Positions 1 to 7,485 of a stretch of 64,000 bases of DNA are shown one piece after another. Origin of the DNA: a virus; IMG/VR virus record IMGVR_UViG_3300029177_000001, positions 26,630 to 90,629 of that record; one strand, 5' to 3'. Position 1 is the stretch's first letter. The number at the start of each line of letters is the position of its first letter. A program made the position numbers and the translations under genes. Below the pieces are notes generated by a model. That model saw only the letters and a program-made list of their open reading frames with translations, searched no databases and had not been told where the DNA came from.

Positions 1-88
1 ACGTTTATTTCGGATGCATTTTTTTAGAAAATCATGTCAAATGTAGAGAATAACGTAATGAAAAGTAAAAAAGGAAAGGGTGATTAAA

Positions 89-751
89 ATGAATTGTGTC
101 GTGACTAACGACAAATTGTACATTAGGTTAAACTCTGAAGGGGCTCCTGTTACTTGTTCTAAAAGTAATGCTCAGGTTTTTGAAAAAGATAAAGCTGAGA
201 ACATACATAAAAATCTTCCCAAAGTATTGAAGAATTTTCATTTTAGAGTAAAACCTATTTCAAAGTCTGATCAGGAAGTTATTCAGAACAAAACGGATTC
301 AGATAGTGTACAAACAGAACAGAAGAAGTACATAAAAAAAGACTCATACATACCTTGTGATGAGGTTGTACAGTGGATTGAAAAATCAAAACAGTGTAGC
401 GAATTTGTGGAAGAGGCTACGAGAAGAAGAACAGTATTACATAAAAAATTGGCAAATATTGATCGTGAATTGTCAAACTGTATGCATCAGATAGAACTAG
501 AAAAATGGAAATCTGGTTGCGATGGATACAAACTTTACAAGAGAGAAAAAGAAATTTTAGAAAAGAGACGACAGATTAAAGATGAGTTGATAATCATTCA
601 ATCTGTTCTGGACAACACGAAATGTTCTGTTGTAATTAAGAATATTGAAAAGACATTCAATCGGTTAGGAACTAGGCGGTTTGAAGTAAGAATTGTGGAA
701 GACGATGATTTCTTTGATGAATTACAATCTGAAGGAGGCACATTAAAATGA
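89..751 (+). CDS. hypothetical protein
   Basis: ORF track 80..751. ATG at 89 follows aggaaaggg RBS-like purine run. ATGA overlap with next ORF. No domain recognised. Confidence 0.55.
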   Translation: MNCVVTNDKLYIRLNSEGAPVTCSKSNAQVFEKDKAENIHKNLPKVLKNFHFRVKPISKSDQEVIQNKTDSDSVQTEQKKYIKKDSYIPCDEVVQWIEKSKQCSEFVEEATRRRTVLHKKLANIDRELSNCMHQIELEKWKSGCDGYKLYKREKEILEKRRQIKDELIIIQSVLDNTKCSVVIKNIEKTFNRLGTRRFEVRIVEDDDFFDELQSEGGTLK

Positions 752-1392
752 GTAGACTGGACGAAAAAGAAATAGACGAGATATGTAGATTTTATGTAGG
801 AAACAACATGAAGGAAATCAGAAGAATTTGTGACAAGATTTTTTCTAGTACAAATATACCAAAAGGATATTTGGATGACTACTATGGAAAAGCGGTAGAA
901 ATTCTCGTGGAGAGCATAAAAACATACGATAAATTAAAAAAGTGTAAATTCAATACATATTATTATGGGAACCTTATAAGACGAAGAGAAACGTGGAAAA
1001 GAGATAATTTCAGGTTTAAGCGGTGTAATCTTGAAACAGACAAAAAAGGGAAAATTAAAAGGGATAGTAAAGGAAATCCTGTAATTATTACAGATATTTC
1101 TATACATATGAAAGTTGACCCAGATGAAGATTATACATTGGAAGAAAGCATCTCTTCAGGGTTTAATTTGGAGGATGAAGTAGAGAATAATATTTGTCCT
1201 ACTACAGATAGGATTGAAATGTACAAGAGTAATTTATCTTACAAACAACAAAAAGCGGTTGATCTTATTTGTTCTGGATATTCTCAGGAGGAGATTCTTA
1301 AAGAATTGCATATGACAGAGAGAGAATATAGAGATAAGATACTCGGATCTATGCAGCGTTATGAAAATGTAAAAATATTACTACGTAAGTAA
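748..1392 (+). CDS. sigma-70-family-like / HTH transcription factor
   Basis: C-terminal 'QQKAVDLICSGYSQEEILKELHMTEREYRDKI' resembles sigma region 4 / LuxR-type HTH. N-terminal 'YYGKAVEILVESIKTYD..KFNTYYYGNLIRRR' resembles region 2. Translationally coupled to upstream ORF. Confidence 0.5.
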   Translation: MSRLDEKEIDEICRFYVGNNMKEIRRICDKIFSSTNIPKGYLDDYYGKAVEILVESIKTYDKLKKCKFNTYYYGNLIRRRETWKRDNFRFKRCNLETDKKGKIKRDSKGNPVIITDISIHMKVDPDEDYTLEESISSGFNLEDEVENNICPTTDRIEMYKSNLSYKQQKAVDLICSGYSQEEILKELHMTEREYRDKILGSMQRYENVKILLRK

Positions 1393-1412
1393 AAAATTGG
1401 AGGAATATAATC

Positions 1413-2876
1413 ATGGCAAAGAAAATCAGAAAAAAGACTTTATCTCTGGAATCATACCTGGAGGAAATAGTAGAAGAGGATATCAGTGATAACCAGGATG
1501 TACAAAGGTTATTTTGTTGGGAAAATGGGATGATAAATGAGTTGATCAAAACGGTATTGACCGATGATTATATTCCTCCGATTATTTTGGGCGAAGAAGA
1601 TTTAGATGAAGATGTCGTGCAGCAATATATCGTAGATGGAATGCAAAGAAGTTCTGCATTGATTAAATTTAAGCATGAAAACTATAAAATTACAGCTACT
1701 TTAGAAGATCCGATTATCCAATATCAGAGAAAAAAGAAAGATGAAAACAATAAAATCTGTAAAGATGAATATGGAAAAGTTATTTGGGAATCTGTTGAAT
1801 ATGATTTGAGAAGAAAAACATATGAAATGTTGCCGCCAGAATTGAAAAAAATGTTTGATGATTATCAGATTGATATTACAATACATCAACACTGCACGAT
1901 GTCACAGATTAGTAAGTTGGTGAGAAGATATAACAATCATTTGGGAATGAATACATCTCAGAAAGCATTTACTTATATTGATTTACATGCAAGAAAAATA
2001 AGGACAATATCTGAGAAAAATAAATTCTTTAAAAATTGTATGTCTTGTTCCGGTAAACAGCAATCGAAAGGTATTAGAGAAAGACTTGTATGTGAATCTG
2101 TCATGACAACGTTTTTCTTTGATAACTGGAAAAGTGCAATAAAAAATATGAGCAAATACCTAAATGAGAATGCAACAGAAGAACATTTTGATACTGTAAA
2201 TGAATATTTTAGCAGGATTGAATCTGTGTGCAAAGATAATTTCACAGAAGTGTTTGTGCCAAAAAATGTTATTGTTTGGATTCCTGTGTTTAAAGAGTTT
2301 GCTAAATTTGGATTAGATGATATTAAGTTTAAGGATTTTGTAGAAGAATTTGAAAAGTCTTTATATAAAAAAGATGTAAATGGAGTAACATTTGACAAAT
2401 TAAACGAGGATCGTCATACAAAAGGCAAGGCTATTTTAAAAGAGAAAATTAACATCTTAACTGCTCTCATGAAAGAGTATTTACATATTAAAGAAGATGA
2501 AGGAAACTTTGTTGAAGTAGAAGAGAATAATGTAATTGAAAATGTTTGTACAGAACAGAATACACTAGAATTCATCAGACATAACGTAAAAGAAGATGTT
2601 ATCGAAGATGATATTGAATTGTACAAATCACTGCTAGAAGACTGGTCAGTGGAAGTGGATAATTCGTCAAAACTTCTTGAACCTGGAAATAATAATTCAT
2701 TACTTGCCGTAATTGCATACAGTATTGAAAATGAACTTGATGAAGAAATTCCGGCATGGATGATGAGTTTCTTTAAGAGAAACGATACATATATTAAAGA
2801 TCAGAAAGAGAATTATACATATATGGTGAATGATCTTAGTGAATTTTTGAGACATAAATATGAACTTGCTGGATAG
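1413..2876 (+). CDS. DUF262 (ParB/Srx-fold, GmrSD N-terminal-like) domain protein
   Basis: N-terminus 'QRLFCWENGMINELIKTVLTDDYIPPIILGEE...QYIVDGMQRSSALIKF' matches the DUF262 pattern (QR..W, IP.I, DGQQR-like 'DGMQR'). C-terminal 300 aa unassigned. Confidence 0.7.
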   Translation: MAKKIRKKTLSLESYLEEIVEEDISDNQDVQRLFCWENGMINELIKTVLTDDYIPPIILGEEDLDEDVVQQYIVDGMQRSSALIKFKHENYKITATLEDPIIQYQRKKKDENNKICKDEYGKVIWESVEYDLRRKTYEMLPPELKKMFDDYQIDITIHQHCTMSQISKLVRRYNNHLGMNTSQKAFTYIDLHARKIRTISEKNKFFKNCMSCSGKQQSKGIRERLVCESVMTTFFFDNWKSAIKNMSKYLNENATEEHFDTVNEYFSRIESVCKDNFTEVFVPKNVIVWIPVFKEFAKFGLDDIKFKDFVEEFEKSLYKKDVNGVTFDKLNEDRHTKGKAILKEKINILTALMKEYLHIKEDEGNFVEVEENNVIENVCTEQNTLEFIRHNVKEDVIEDDIELYKSLLEDWSVEVDNSSKLLEPGNNNSLLAVIAYSIENELDEEIPAWMMSFFKRNDTYIKDQKENYTYMVNDLSEFLRHKYELAG

Positions 2877-2893
2877 ATGGAGGTGAATAATAT

Positions 2894-3055
2894 ATGGATA
2901 AAACATTTTGGAACATAATGTCAGTAGGTGGATTAATTACATCGTGTTTAGCCGGCGCTAGATTATATGAAATTGGAGAAGAAGCATTTTTCTATGGATT
3001 TGTATTGGGTATCGGAGCATTGATGTTCGCTGCAAAATATATGGGAGATGAATAG
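2894..3055 (+). CDS. small membrane protein (53 aa)
   Basis: Not in ORF track (<60 aa). ATG 2894 preceded by ggaggtg. Translation MDKTFWNIMSVGGLITSCLAGARLYEIGEEAFFYGFVLGIGALMFAAKYMGDE has two hydrophobic segments. Confidence 0.45.
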   Translation: MDKTFWNIMSVGGLITSCLAGARLYEIGEEAFFYGFVLGIGALMFAAKYMGDE

Positions 3056-3159
3056 GAAAGAAAATGACAGTGGAAGAAATGCGACAGAAGATTGAAGAGC
3101 CGACAGGAGCAGAGATCGAGATTGTATAAATGTAATAATTAAAAAAGGAGAAATAAATT

Positions 3160-3924
3160 ATGTGTGAATTTAAAAGTGGAATTATTTTTAAGAATAGGGT
3201 GGAACTTGCGCCATTAGGGAATGAAAGTCATTCAAGTTTACTTGAAAACTTGGATGTAGAAGATAATGAATTTAATGCTTCTAAGAAATTTGTGAGAGCA
3301 GAATTAATTCCGCCAGAGAGATATGTTATCACTTCTGATATTTCAAAGTGGACTTATAAAGTCGATCAGGATATTGTGCCAGAATGGTATAGTAACGATC
3401 CAGAGAGATATGAAGAGGAATTTAAAGAATCTGTTAAGAATTTTATGGATAAAAATTTTACAGATGAATTTGGATATTATTGGACAAACATTCGAATGGA
3501 TGGAAAGATATATCATTTTATGTATGGAGTTCTTACGAAGATGAGTTTTGGTAGCAATAATAATTACGCAGAATCTTCTGTAAGAAAATATCTTAAAGAG
3601 CACAAACTTGCAAAAGACATTAAAGATAAATATGGGAATAGTATTGTTCCGTTTGAAAATAACTTGCTTAGTATGGATGGATTTAATGATTATGGCGTTG
3701 TAAAAGACGATGTATTATCTATTCCGACATTTTATTTATTCAGAAAATGTGGTGAAAAACTTCCATTAATCAATTATGCATACTGGCAGTCAACTCCAAA
3801 CCAGACACCGTCAAGAAAAGATTCTTCCTATGTTCAGGTTGTCTACAGTGGTGGGAACATGGGTTACGACGATTGCTGCTGGCTTGATCATGGGGTTCGT
3901 CCGTTTTTTATCACCGAATCTTAA
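3160..3924 (+). CDS. DGR variable (target) protein, C-terminal C-type-lectin/DUF1566-like fold
   Basis: C-terminus 'YWQSTPN...SYVQVVYSGGNMGYDDCCWLDHGVRPFFITES' contains the VR. The '...W..HGVRP' ending is typical of CLec-fold DGR targets. RBS aaaggag upstream of ATG 3160. Confidence 0.9.
   Translation: MCEFKSGIIFKNRVELAPLGNESHSSLLENLDVEDNEFNASKKFVRAELIPPERYVITSDISKWTYKVDQDIVPEWYSNDPERYEEEFKESVKNFMDKNFTDEFGYYWTNIRMDGKIYHFMYGVLTKMSFGSNNNYAESSVRKYLKEHKLAKDIKDKYGNSIVPFENNLLSMDGFNDYGVVKDDVLSIPTFYLFRKCGEKLPLINYAYWQSTPNQTPSRKDSSYVQVVYSGGNMGYDDCCWLDHGVRPFFITES
3826..3905 (+). repeat. DGR variable region (VR)
   Basis: 80-nt alignment to 4411..4490 at constant offset 585. 13 mismatches, every one at an A in TR. 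All 55 non-A positions identical. Confidence 0.93.
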
Positions 3925-3953
3925 ATCTGTTTATCTTGTCGATAACATTTTGT

Positions 3954-3998
3954 GGAGACGAAGACAGAACAATGCGCAAGCGTTGTTCGTAAGTCTCC
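3954..3998 (+). promoter_or_regulatory. stem-loop downstream of VR with GCAA (GNRA) tetraloop
   Basis: Inner hairpin 3967..3988 'gaacaatgc-GCAA-gcgttgttc' (9 bp including one G-U). Outer pairing ggagac(3954-3959)/gtctcc(3993-3998). Lies 49 nt 3' of the VR end. Confidence 0.7.
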
Positions 3999-4027
3999 GA
4001 AGAACTAAATGCAAGATTGGGGGTCAT

Positions 4028-4381
4028 GTGGAAGTTATTACAAAAGCTATTGATTTGATGCAGTATACATATTCTGTAACTTCAAATAAAAAGAGATATC
4101 CTGCGAAATATAGAATGCTTATAGAACGAATCCAGAATGAGTGTATGAATATATATGATTTCTTAATGAGCGCAAATAGAGTACAACTGAATATTGATAG
4201 ACAAGAAAGATTGGAATTGCAAACAAAATCGATTTCGTCATGTGACAAATTGTCCTGCTATGTTGAATTATCAATGAATATTAACCTTATAGGATCAGAT
4301 ACAGTTGAATATTGGCAGAAAAAGATATGCGATGTTAAGTACATGACAATAGCATGGAGAAGCAAAGATAAAACAAGATAA
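4028..4381 (+). CDS. avd: DGR accessory variability determinant (Avd)
   Basis: C-terminal 117 aa of ORF 3776..4381 ('VEVITKAIDLMQYTYSVTSNKKRYPAKYRMLIERIQNECMNIYDFLMSANR...'). Helical, basic, Avd-like size, and located between target and TR. Start uncertain: GTG 4028 after ggggg, or ATG 4058. Confidence 0.7.
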   Translation: MEVITKAIDLMQYTYSVTSNKKRYPAKYRMLIERIQNECMNIYDFLMSANRVQLNIDRQERLELQTKSISSCDKLSCYVELSMNINLIGSDTVEYWQKKICDVKYMTIAWRSKDKTR

Positions 4382-4410
4382 AATTTTTTTTGGTTGTTTG
4401 CTATATGACT

Positions 4411-4490
4411 TCCTATGTTCAGATTGTCAACAGTAATGGGAACATGAATTACAACGATTGCAACTGGAATAATCATGGAGTTCGTCCGTT
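4411..4490 (+). repeat. DGR template region (TR)
   Basis: Invariant copy of VR. Rich in AAC/AAT codons in the target reading frame (SYVQIVNSNGNMNYNDCNWNNHGVRP). Confidence 0.93.
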
Positions 4491-4609
4491 CTGGATCGGA
4501 AGACGAAATAGAGTAAGAGAAACACTGAAATTAGAGTCCCGATATCAAAAGAGCAAACAACCTTTCCTGTCTAATCAAAGACAGGATAAATACAAAGGTA
4601 GAATATATC
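4411..4609 (+). ncRNA. DGR template RNA (TR plus spacer region preceding RT)
   Basis: Non-coding 119-nt spacer between TR and the RT start contains hairpin cctgtct(4566-4572)/agacagg(4579-4585). ORF-track ORF 4390..4623 is just a translation of this RNA. Confidence 0.7.
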
Positions 4610-5647
4610 ATGATAAAAGGTAAAACAGATTTTGAAAAGGTATCGGATTTTGAAAATTTATATAAAGCGTATTTGGATTCAAAAGGTGGAAGAGGATTCA
4701 CAAAAAGCAGAATTAAATTTGAAATATCTGCCCTTGATGGGGTGTACCAGATTAAAAGACTTTTAGAAACAAAGAGATATGAAGTAGATAGATATAACAG
4801 ATTCAAAGTATATGAACCAAAAGAGAGAATTATAGAAGCAGGAAGTTTTAAAGACAAGATTGTGCAGCACAGTTTGTGTGACAATGTACTTCTTCCTATT
4901 TTAAGTAAGGAGTTTATATACACGAATTATGCTGGACAAGTAGGTAAAGGGACATTGTTTGGCTTAGACTGTTTGAAATATCAGATGTATTTAGCATATC
5001 AAAAATATGGATATGATTGCTGGATTATCAAAGGAGATATCAAAAAATTTTTTTATAATATTGAGCATGATGTTTTGAAAGATATTGTTTCTTACTTTAT
5101 ATCAGATTCAGATACATATTGGCTGTGCGAGAAATTCATTGATAGCACAAGTGAAAAAGGTCTACCGCTTGGAAATCAAGTTAGTCAGGTATTTGCTTTG
5201 TTATATCTCTCTGGTTTTGATCATTTTATAACCGGAGAATTAGGAATTAAATATTACGGGAGATACATGGATGATTTTTACTTAATTGTAGAATCAAAAG
5301 ATTATGCAAAATTCTGTTTACATGCTGCTGAAGAGTTTACTAAAACATTAGATATTGATCTGAATGAAAAAACTCAGATTATTCCTTTTAAAAATGGAAT
5401 TAAATTTTGTGGTTTTCACACCTATGTTACAAAAGATGGAAAAGTGATAAGAAAACTTGCAAATGAAAAGAAGAGAAAAGCAAAAAAGAAATATCGAAAA
5501 ATGGCAAAGATGTTAAGAGAGAATAAGTTATCAAAAGAAAAATTCCTAGAATCTTATGAATCTTGGAAGAATCATATTTCACATGGAAATTGTGTGAAAT
5601 TCACGTATGAGATGGACAAAATGGTGAATGAAATACTGTTTGGTTGA
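4610..5647 (+). CDS. DGR reverse transcriptase
   Basis: Motifs 'LPLGNQVSQVFALLYL' ([LIV]GxxxSQ, DGR hallmark), 'GRYMDDFYLIV' (YMDD) and 'IKFCGFH'. About 345 aa, typical DGR RT size. Confidence 0.93.
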   Translation: MIKGKTDFEKVSDFENLYKAYLDSKGGRGFTKSRIKFEISALDGVYQIKRLLETKRYEVDRYNRFKVYEPKERIIEAGSFKDKIVQHSLCDNVLLPILSKEFIYTNYAGQVGKGTLFGLDCLKYQMYLAYQKYGYDCWIIKGDIKKFFYNIEHDVLKDIVSYFISDSDTYWLCEKFIDSTSEKGLPLGNQVSQVFALLYLSGFDHFITGELGIKYYGRYMDDFYLIVESKDYAKFCLHAAEEFTKTLDIDLNEKTQIIPFKNGIKFCGFHTYVTKDGKVIRKLANEKKRKAKKKYRKMAKMLRENKLSKEKFLESYESWKNHISHGNCVKFTYEMDKMVNEILFG

Positions 5648-5796
5648 AATGTCGATTTCATCTGAAAATAAACACAATATATAGTGGTTCTGGTTAGGTA
5701 CAAATACTACATATTGTATGTATAATTCCTGAGATGGAAGTCATATACGGACAGTCATTGCAAGAAATGAATTGCAATGCGACAACTGTCACTTCG

Positions 5797-5901
5797 TCAA
5801 TTATCTCTTAGGATAATGGCGATAATGCTCATGGACGAATTCCCACTTCTGGAGCCGGAACCGCCAATAAGCATCGACATGAACCATATTATATTCAGCA
5901 T
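5797..5901 (-). CDS. candidate minus-strand mini-ORF (34 aa, hydrophobic)
   Basis: Minus-strand aggag (plus 5910-5914) lies 8 nt before ATG (5901). Peptide MLNIIWFMSMLIGGSGSRSGNSSMSIIAIILRDN. Lies in a 390-nt gap with no credible + ORF. Confidence 0.3.
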   Translation of the reverse strand: MLNIIWFMSMLIGGSGSRSGNSSMSIIAIILRDN

Positions 5902-6038
5902 AAAATCATCTCCTGGTTTCATGCAGACGAAAATATATCGCATGAATTTATCTGGATGATTTCTTGTATGTGGTGGTTGTCATAAAACAGTATATAACAA
6001 AATTTGAATGAAAGCAAATAGAAAAGGAGAATAAAACT

Positions 6039-6410
6039 ATGACAGTATATGATTTAGTAGCAATTGTGAATTTACTAGAAGACAAAAAACAAAAAGATTA
6101 TGGGTTTGCTTTATACAAGGAAGAATATGAATTACTTAGAACAGCAAGCTTAGAAAATACACTTGTAGTTGTTAATGCAAGAGGAAAAGATAGGAGAGTA
6201 TTAGGAAAAGTAAAAGTGATTTTACCTGCGAGTGTATATGGTAAATATCCTACAGCTCAGGTAGTTGGCGTTGTTAATATGGAGGCATATTCAAAACGTA
6301 AAGAGGAAGAAGAACGTATTGATAGAATCAAAGAAATAAATCGTTTAATTAATAAGAACAATAGAGAGTTAGTGAATTTAATGACAGAACTAAGAAAATT
6401 AGAAGGGTAA
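6039..6410 (+). CDS. hypothetical protein (C-terminal coiled coil)
   Basis: aaaaggag RBS before ATG 6039. No domain recognised. Confidence 0.6.
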   Translation: MTVYDLVAIVNLLEDKKQKDYGFALYKEEYELLRTASLENTLVVVNARGKDRRVLGKVKVILPASVYGKYPTAQVVGVVNMEAYSKRKEEEERIDRIKEINRLINKNNRELVNLMTELRKLEG

Positions 6411-6427
6411 AAGGAGAAATAAATAAT

Positions 6428-6610
6428 ATGAAATATCCATTCCAGTGCTCTAAATGTGGACACAAAGAAATTATTACAATGTCAATGAAAGAATACGTAG
6501 GAGAAGGGCATATGTGTCCTGAATGCGGAGAAGAAATGCAACGAGAAATTGACTCGATGGTCTGTAGAAGTATTGATAAAACAGGAGACTTTTACAGAAG
6601 CTTCAATTAA
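6428..6610 (+). CDS. zinc-ribbon protein (FmdB-like CxxC...CxxC)
   Basis: 'FQCSKCGH...HMCPECGEEM' has two CxxC pairs. aaggag RBS. Confidence 0.6.
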   Translation: MKYPFQCSKCGHKEIITMSMKEYVGEGHMCPECGEEMQREIDSMVCRSIDKTGDFYRSFN

Positions 6611-6624
6611 CGATTTATAAAAGT

Positions 6625-6695
6625 TGTGGATTAGTGTAACTGGTAGCACGATGCAGCGTGGCACATAAGTAAAGGTTCGATTCCTTTATCTACAA
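6625..6695 (+). tRNA. tRNA-like element with aberrant anticodon arm (possible pseudo-tRNA)
   Basis: Hand fold: 7-bp acceptor tgtggat/atctaca, U8, D arm gtgt-aactggta-gcac with GG, and perfect T arm aaagg-TTCGATT-ccttt. The 20 nt between position 26 and the T arm give no 5-bp stem with a 7-nt loop. No encoded CCA. Confidence 0.4.
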
Positions 6696-6696
6696 T

Positions 6697-6774
6697 TCAT
6701 ATGCAGAACAATTTCCTATACATGTTTCATGACTCCAATAAAATAAGATACATAAAGTTCTGCATATGATTTTT
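6697..6774 (+). terminator. long hairpin followed by T-run
   Basis: 13-bp perfect inverted repeat tcatatgcagaac (6697-6709) / gttctgcatatga (6757-6769), 47-nt loop, then ttttt (6770-6774). Confidence 0.45.
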
Positions 6775-6942
6775 CATTGGTGTTTATAATCAAATATCAC
6801 CTAAAGTAAATCAAATATTTAGAAACTGTAAACGTTGATTCAACAAACTATTTCATTTGTCGCTATTTGAAAATGTTTGTGAGCTGCATGTGATATAAGA
6901 TTGTAAATACCGATGTGATTAATATTAAAAGAGGTAAGTCAA

Positions 6943-7485
6943 ATGAGCAGTTGGACATATGTACATGGAACAATTGTTGTTTCTCCTCTAGGTAGGACAC
7001 AACATGAAAAGAGATATATTCTTGAAACCGCACTCGATCATCTTCCTGTCGTAACAGGGTCAGAAAGAGATATGGAAGTATATGTGATTCAAAAAAGAGG
7101 ACATAATTGTTCAAGTTTTTCTGACGAATTTCTTGAGAGAACAAATAATTTGAGAGATAGATATGGAGACAGAAATCGGAAACGAGGGTTCTTACGAACG
7201 CAAGACGAATATATTCTCGTTGTTGATGGATCACTACGTGATAGAGAGTTTAAAGATACATTTCAAGAATTTATGAAATGGATTTGTAGATTGTCAAAAC
7301 GAGTTATTGTATACGATGTAAATGTAAAAATTTGGGGATTTGATAAGCAATATTTTATCAATAATCCAGATCAGTTTTCTGATATGTATGAGTACAAAGA
7401 TAATTGGTGTAATTACTTAATGTGGGAATATGATAGAAATGAAGAAGGAAGTTTATTAAGTGGAAAGCCAGGGAAGAAAAGATGA
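6943..7485 (+). CDS. hypothetical protein (paralog of 25258..25647)
   Basis: aagaggtaag RBS. Shares 'MS.WT.V', 'LP..GSE..E' and 'G.LR....F.E..KW' with ORF 25258. Confidence 0.6.
   Translation: MSSWTYVHGTIVVSPLGRTQHEKRYILETALDHLPVVTGSERDMEVYVIQKRGHNCSSFSDEFLERTNNLRDRYGDRNRKRGFLRTQDEYILVVDGSLRDREFKDTFQEFMKWICRLSKRVIVYDVNVKIWGFDKQYFINNPDQFSDMYEYKDNWCNYLMWEYDRNEEGSLLSGKPGKKR

Larger units (their letters stand above)
3160..5647 (+). mobile_element. diversity-generating retroelement (DGR) cassette: target(VR)-hairpin-avd-TR-spacer-RT
   Basis: All canonical parts present in canonical order. VR/TR pair differs only at TR adenines. RT carries DGR-type motifs. Confidence 0.93.

Noticed and set aside
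1973-2398. Long antisense ORFs (e.g. 1973..2398, 4531..4923, 55614..55991, 58066..58416, 31499..31846)
   Set aside because: All lie opposite strongly supported + strand genes. They are Leu/Ser/Phe/Ile-rich as expected from the reverse complement of AT-rich coding sequence, and they lack RBSs.
3776-4027. N-terminal 84 codons of ORF 3776..4381
   Set aside because: This part overlaps the target gene in another frame and runs across the VR and the downstream hairpin. Only the part after the hairpin (from GTG 4028) has Avd-like character.
4390-4623. ORF-track ORF of 77 aa ending just inside the RT gene
   Set aside because: It is simply the translation of the DGR template region and spacer ('SYVQIVNSNGNMNYNDCNWNNHGVRP...'). 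It has no RBS. The region is better explained as the non-coding TR RNA.
5777-5959. Plus-strand 60-aa ORF in the post-RT gap
   Set aside because: It has no RBS, a repetitive 'RQLSLRQLSLR' start and an implausible composition. The gap is treated as non-coding on the + strand.
6625-6770. tRNA-like element plus inverted repeat as an attP site of an integrating prophage
   Set aside because: No integrase or recombinase is visible anywhere in the 64 kb, and the element carries a complete 5' acceptor strand rather than only a tRNA 3' half. This is kept as a minor alternative only.
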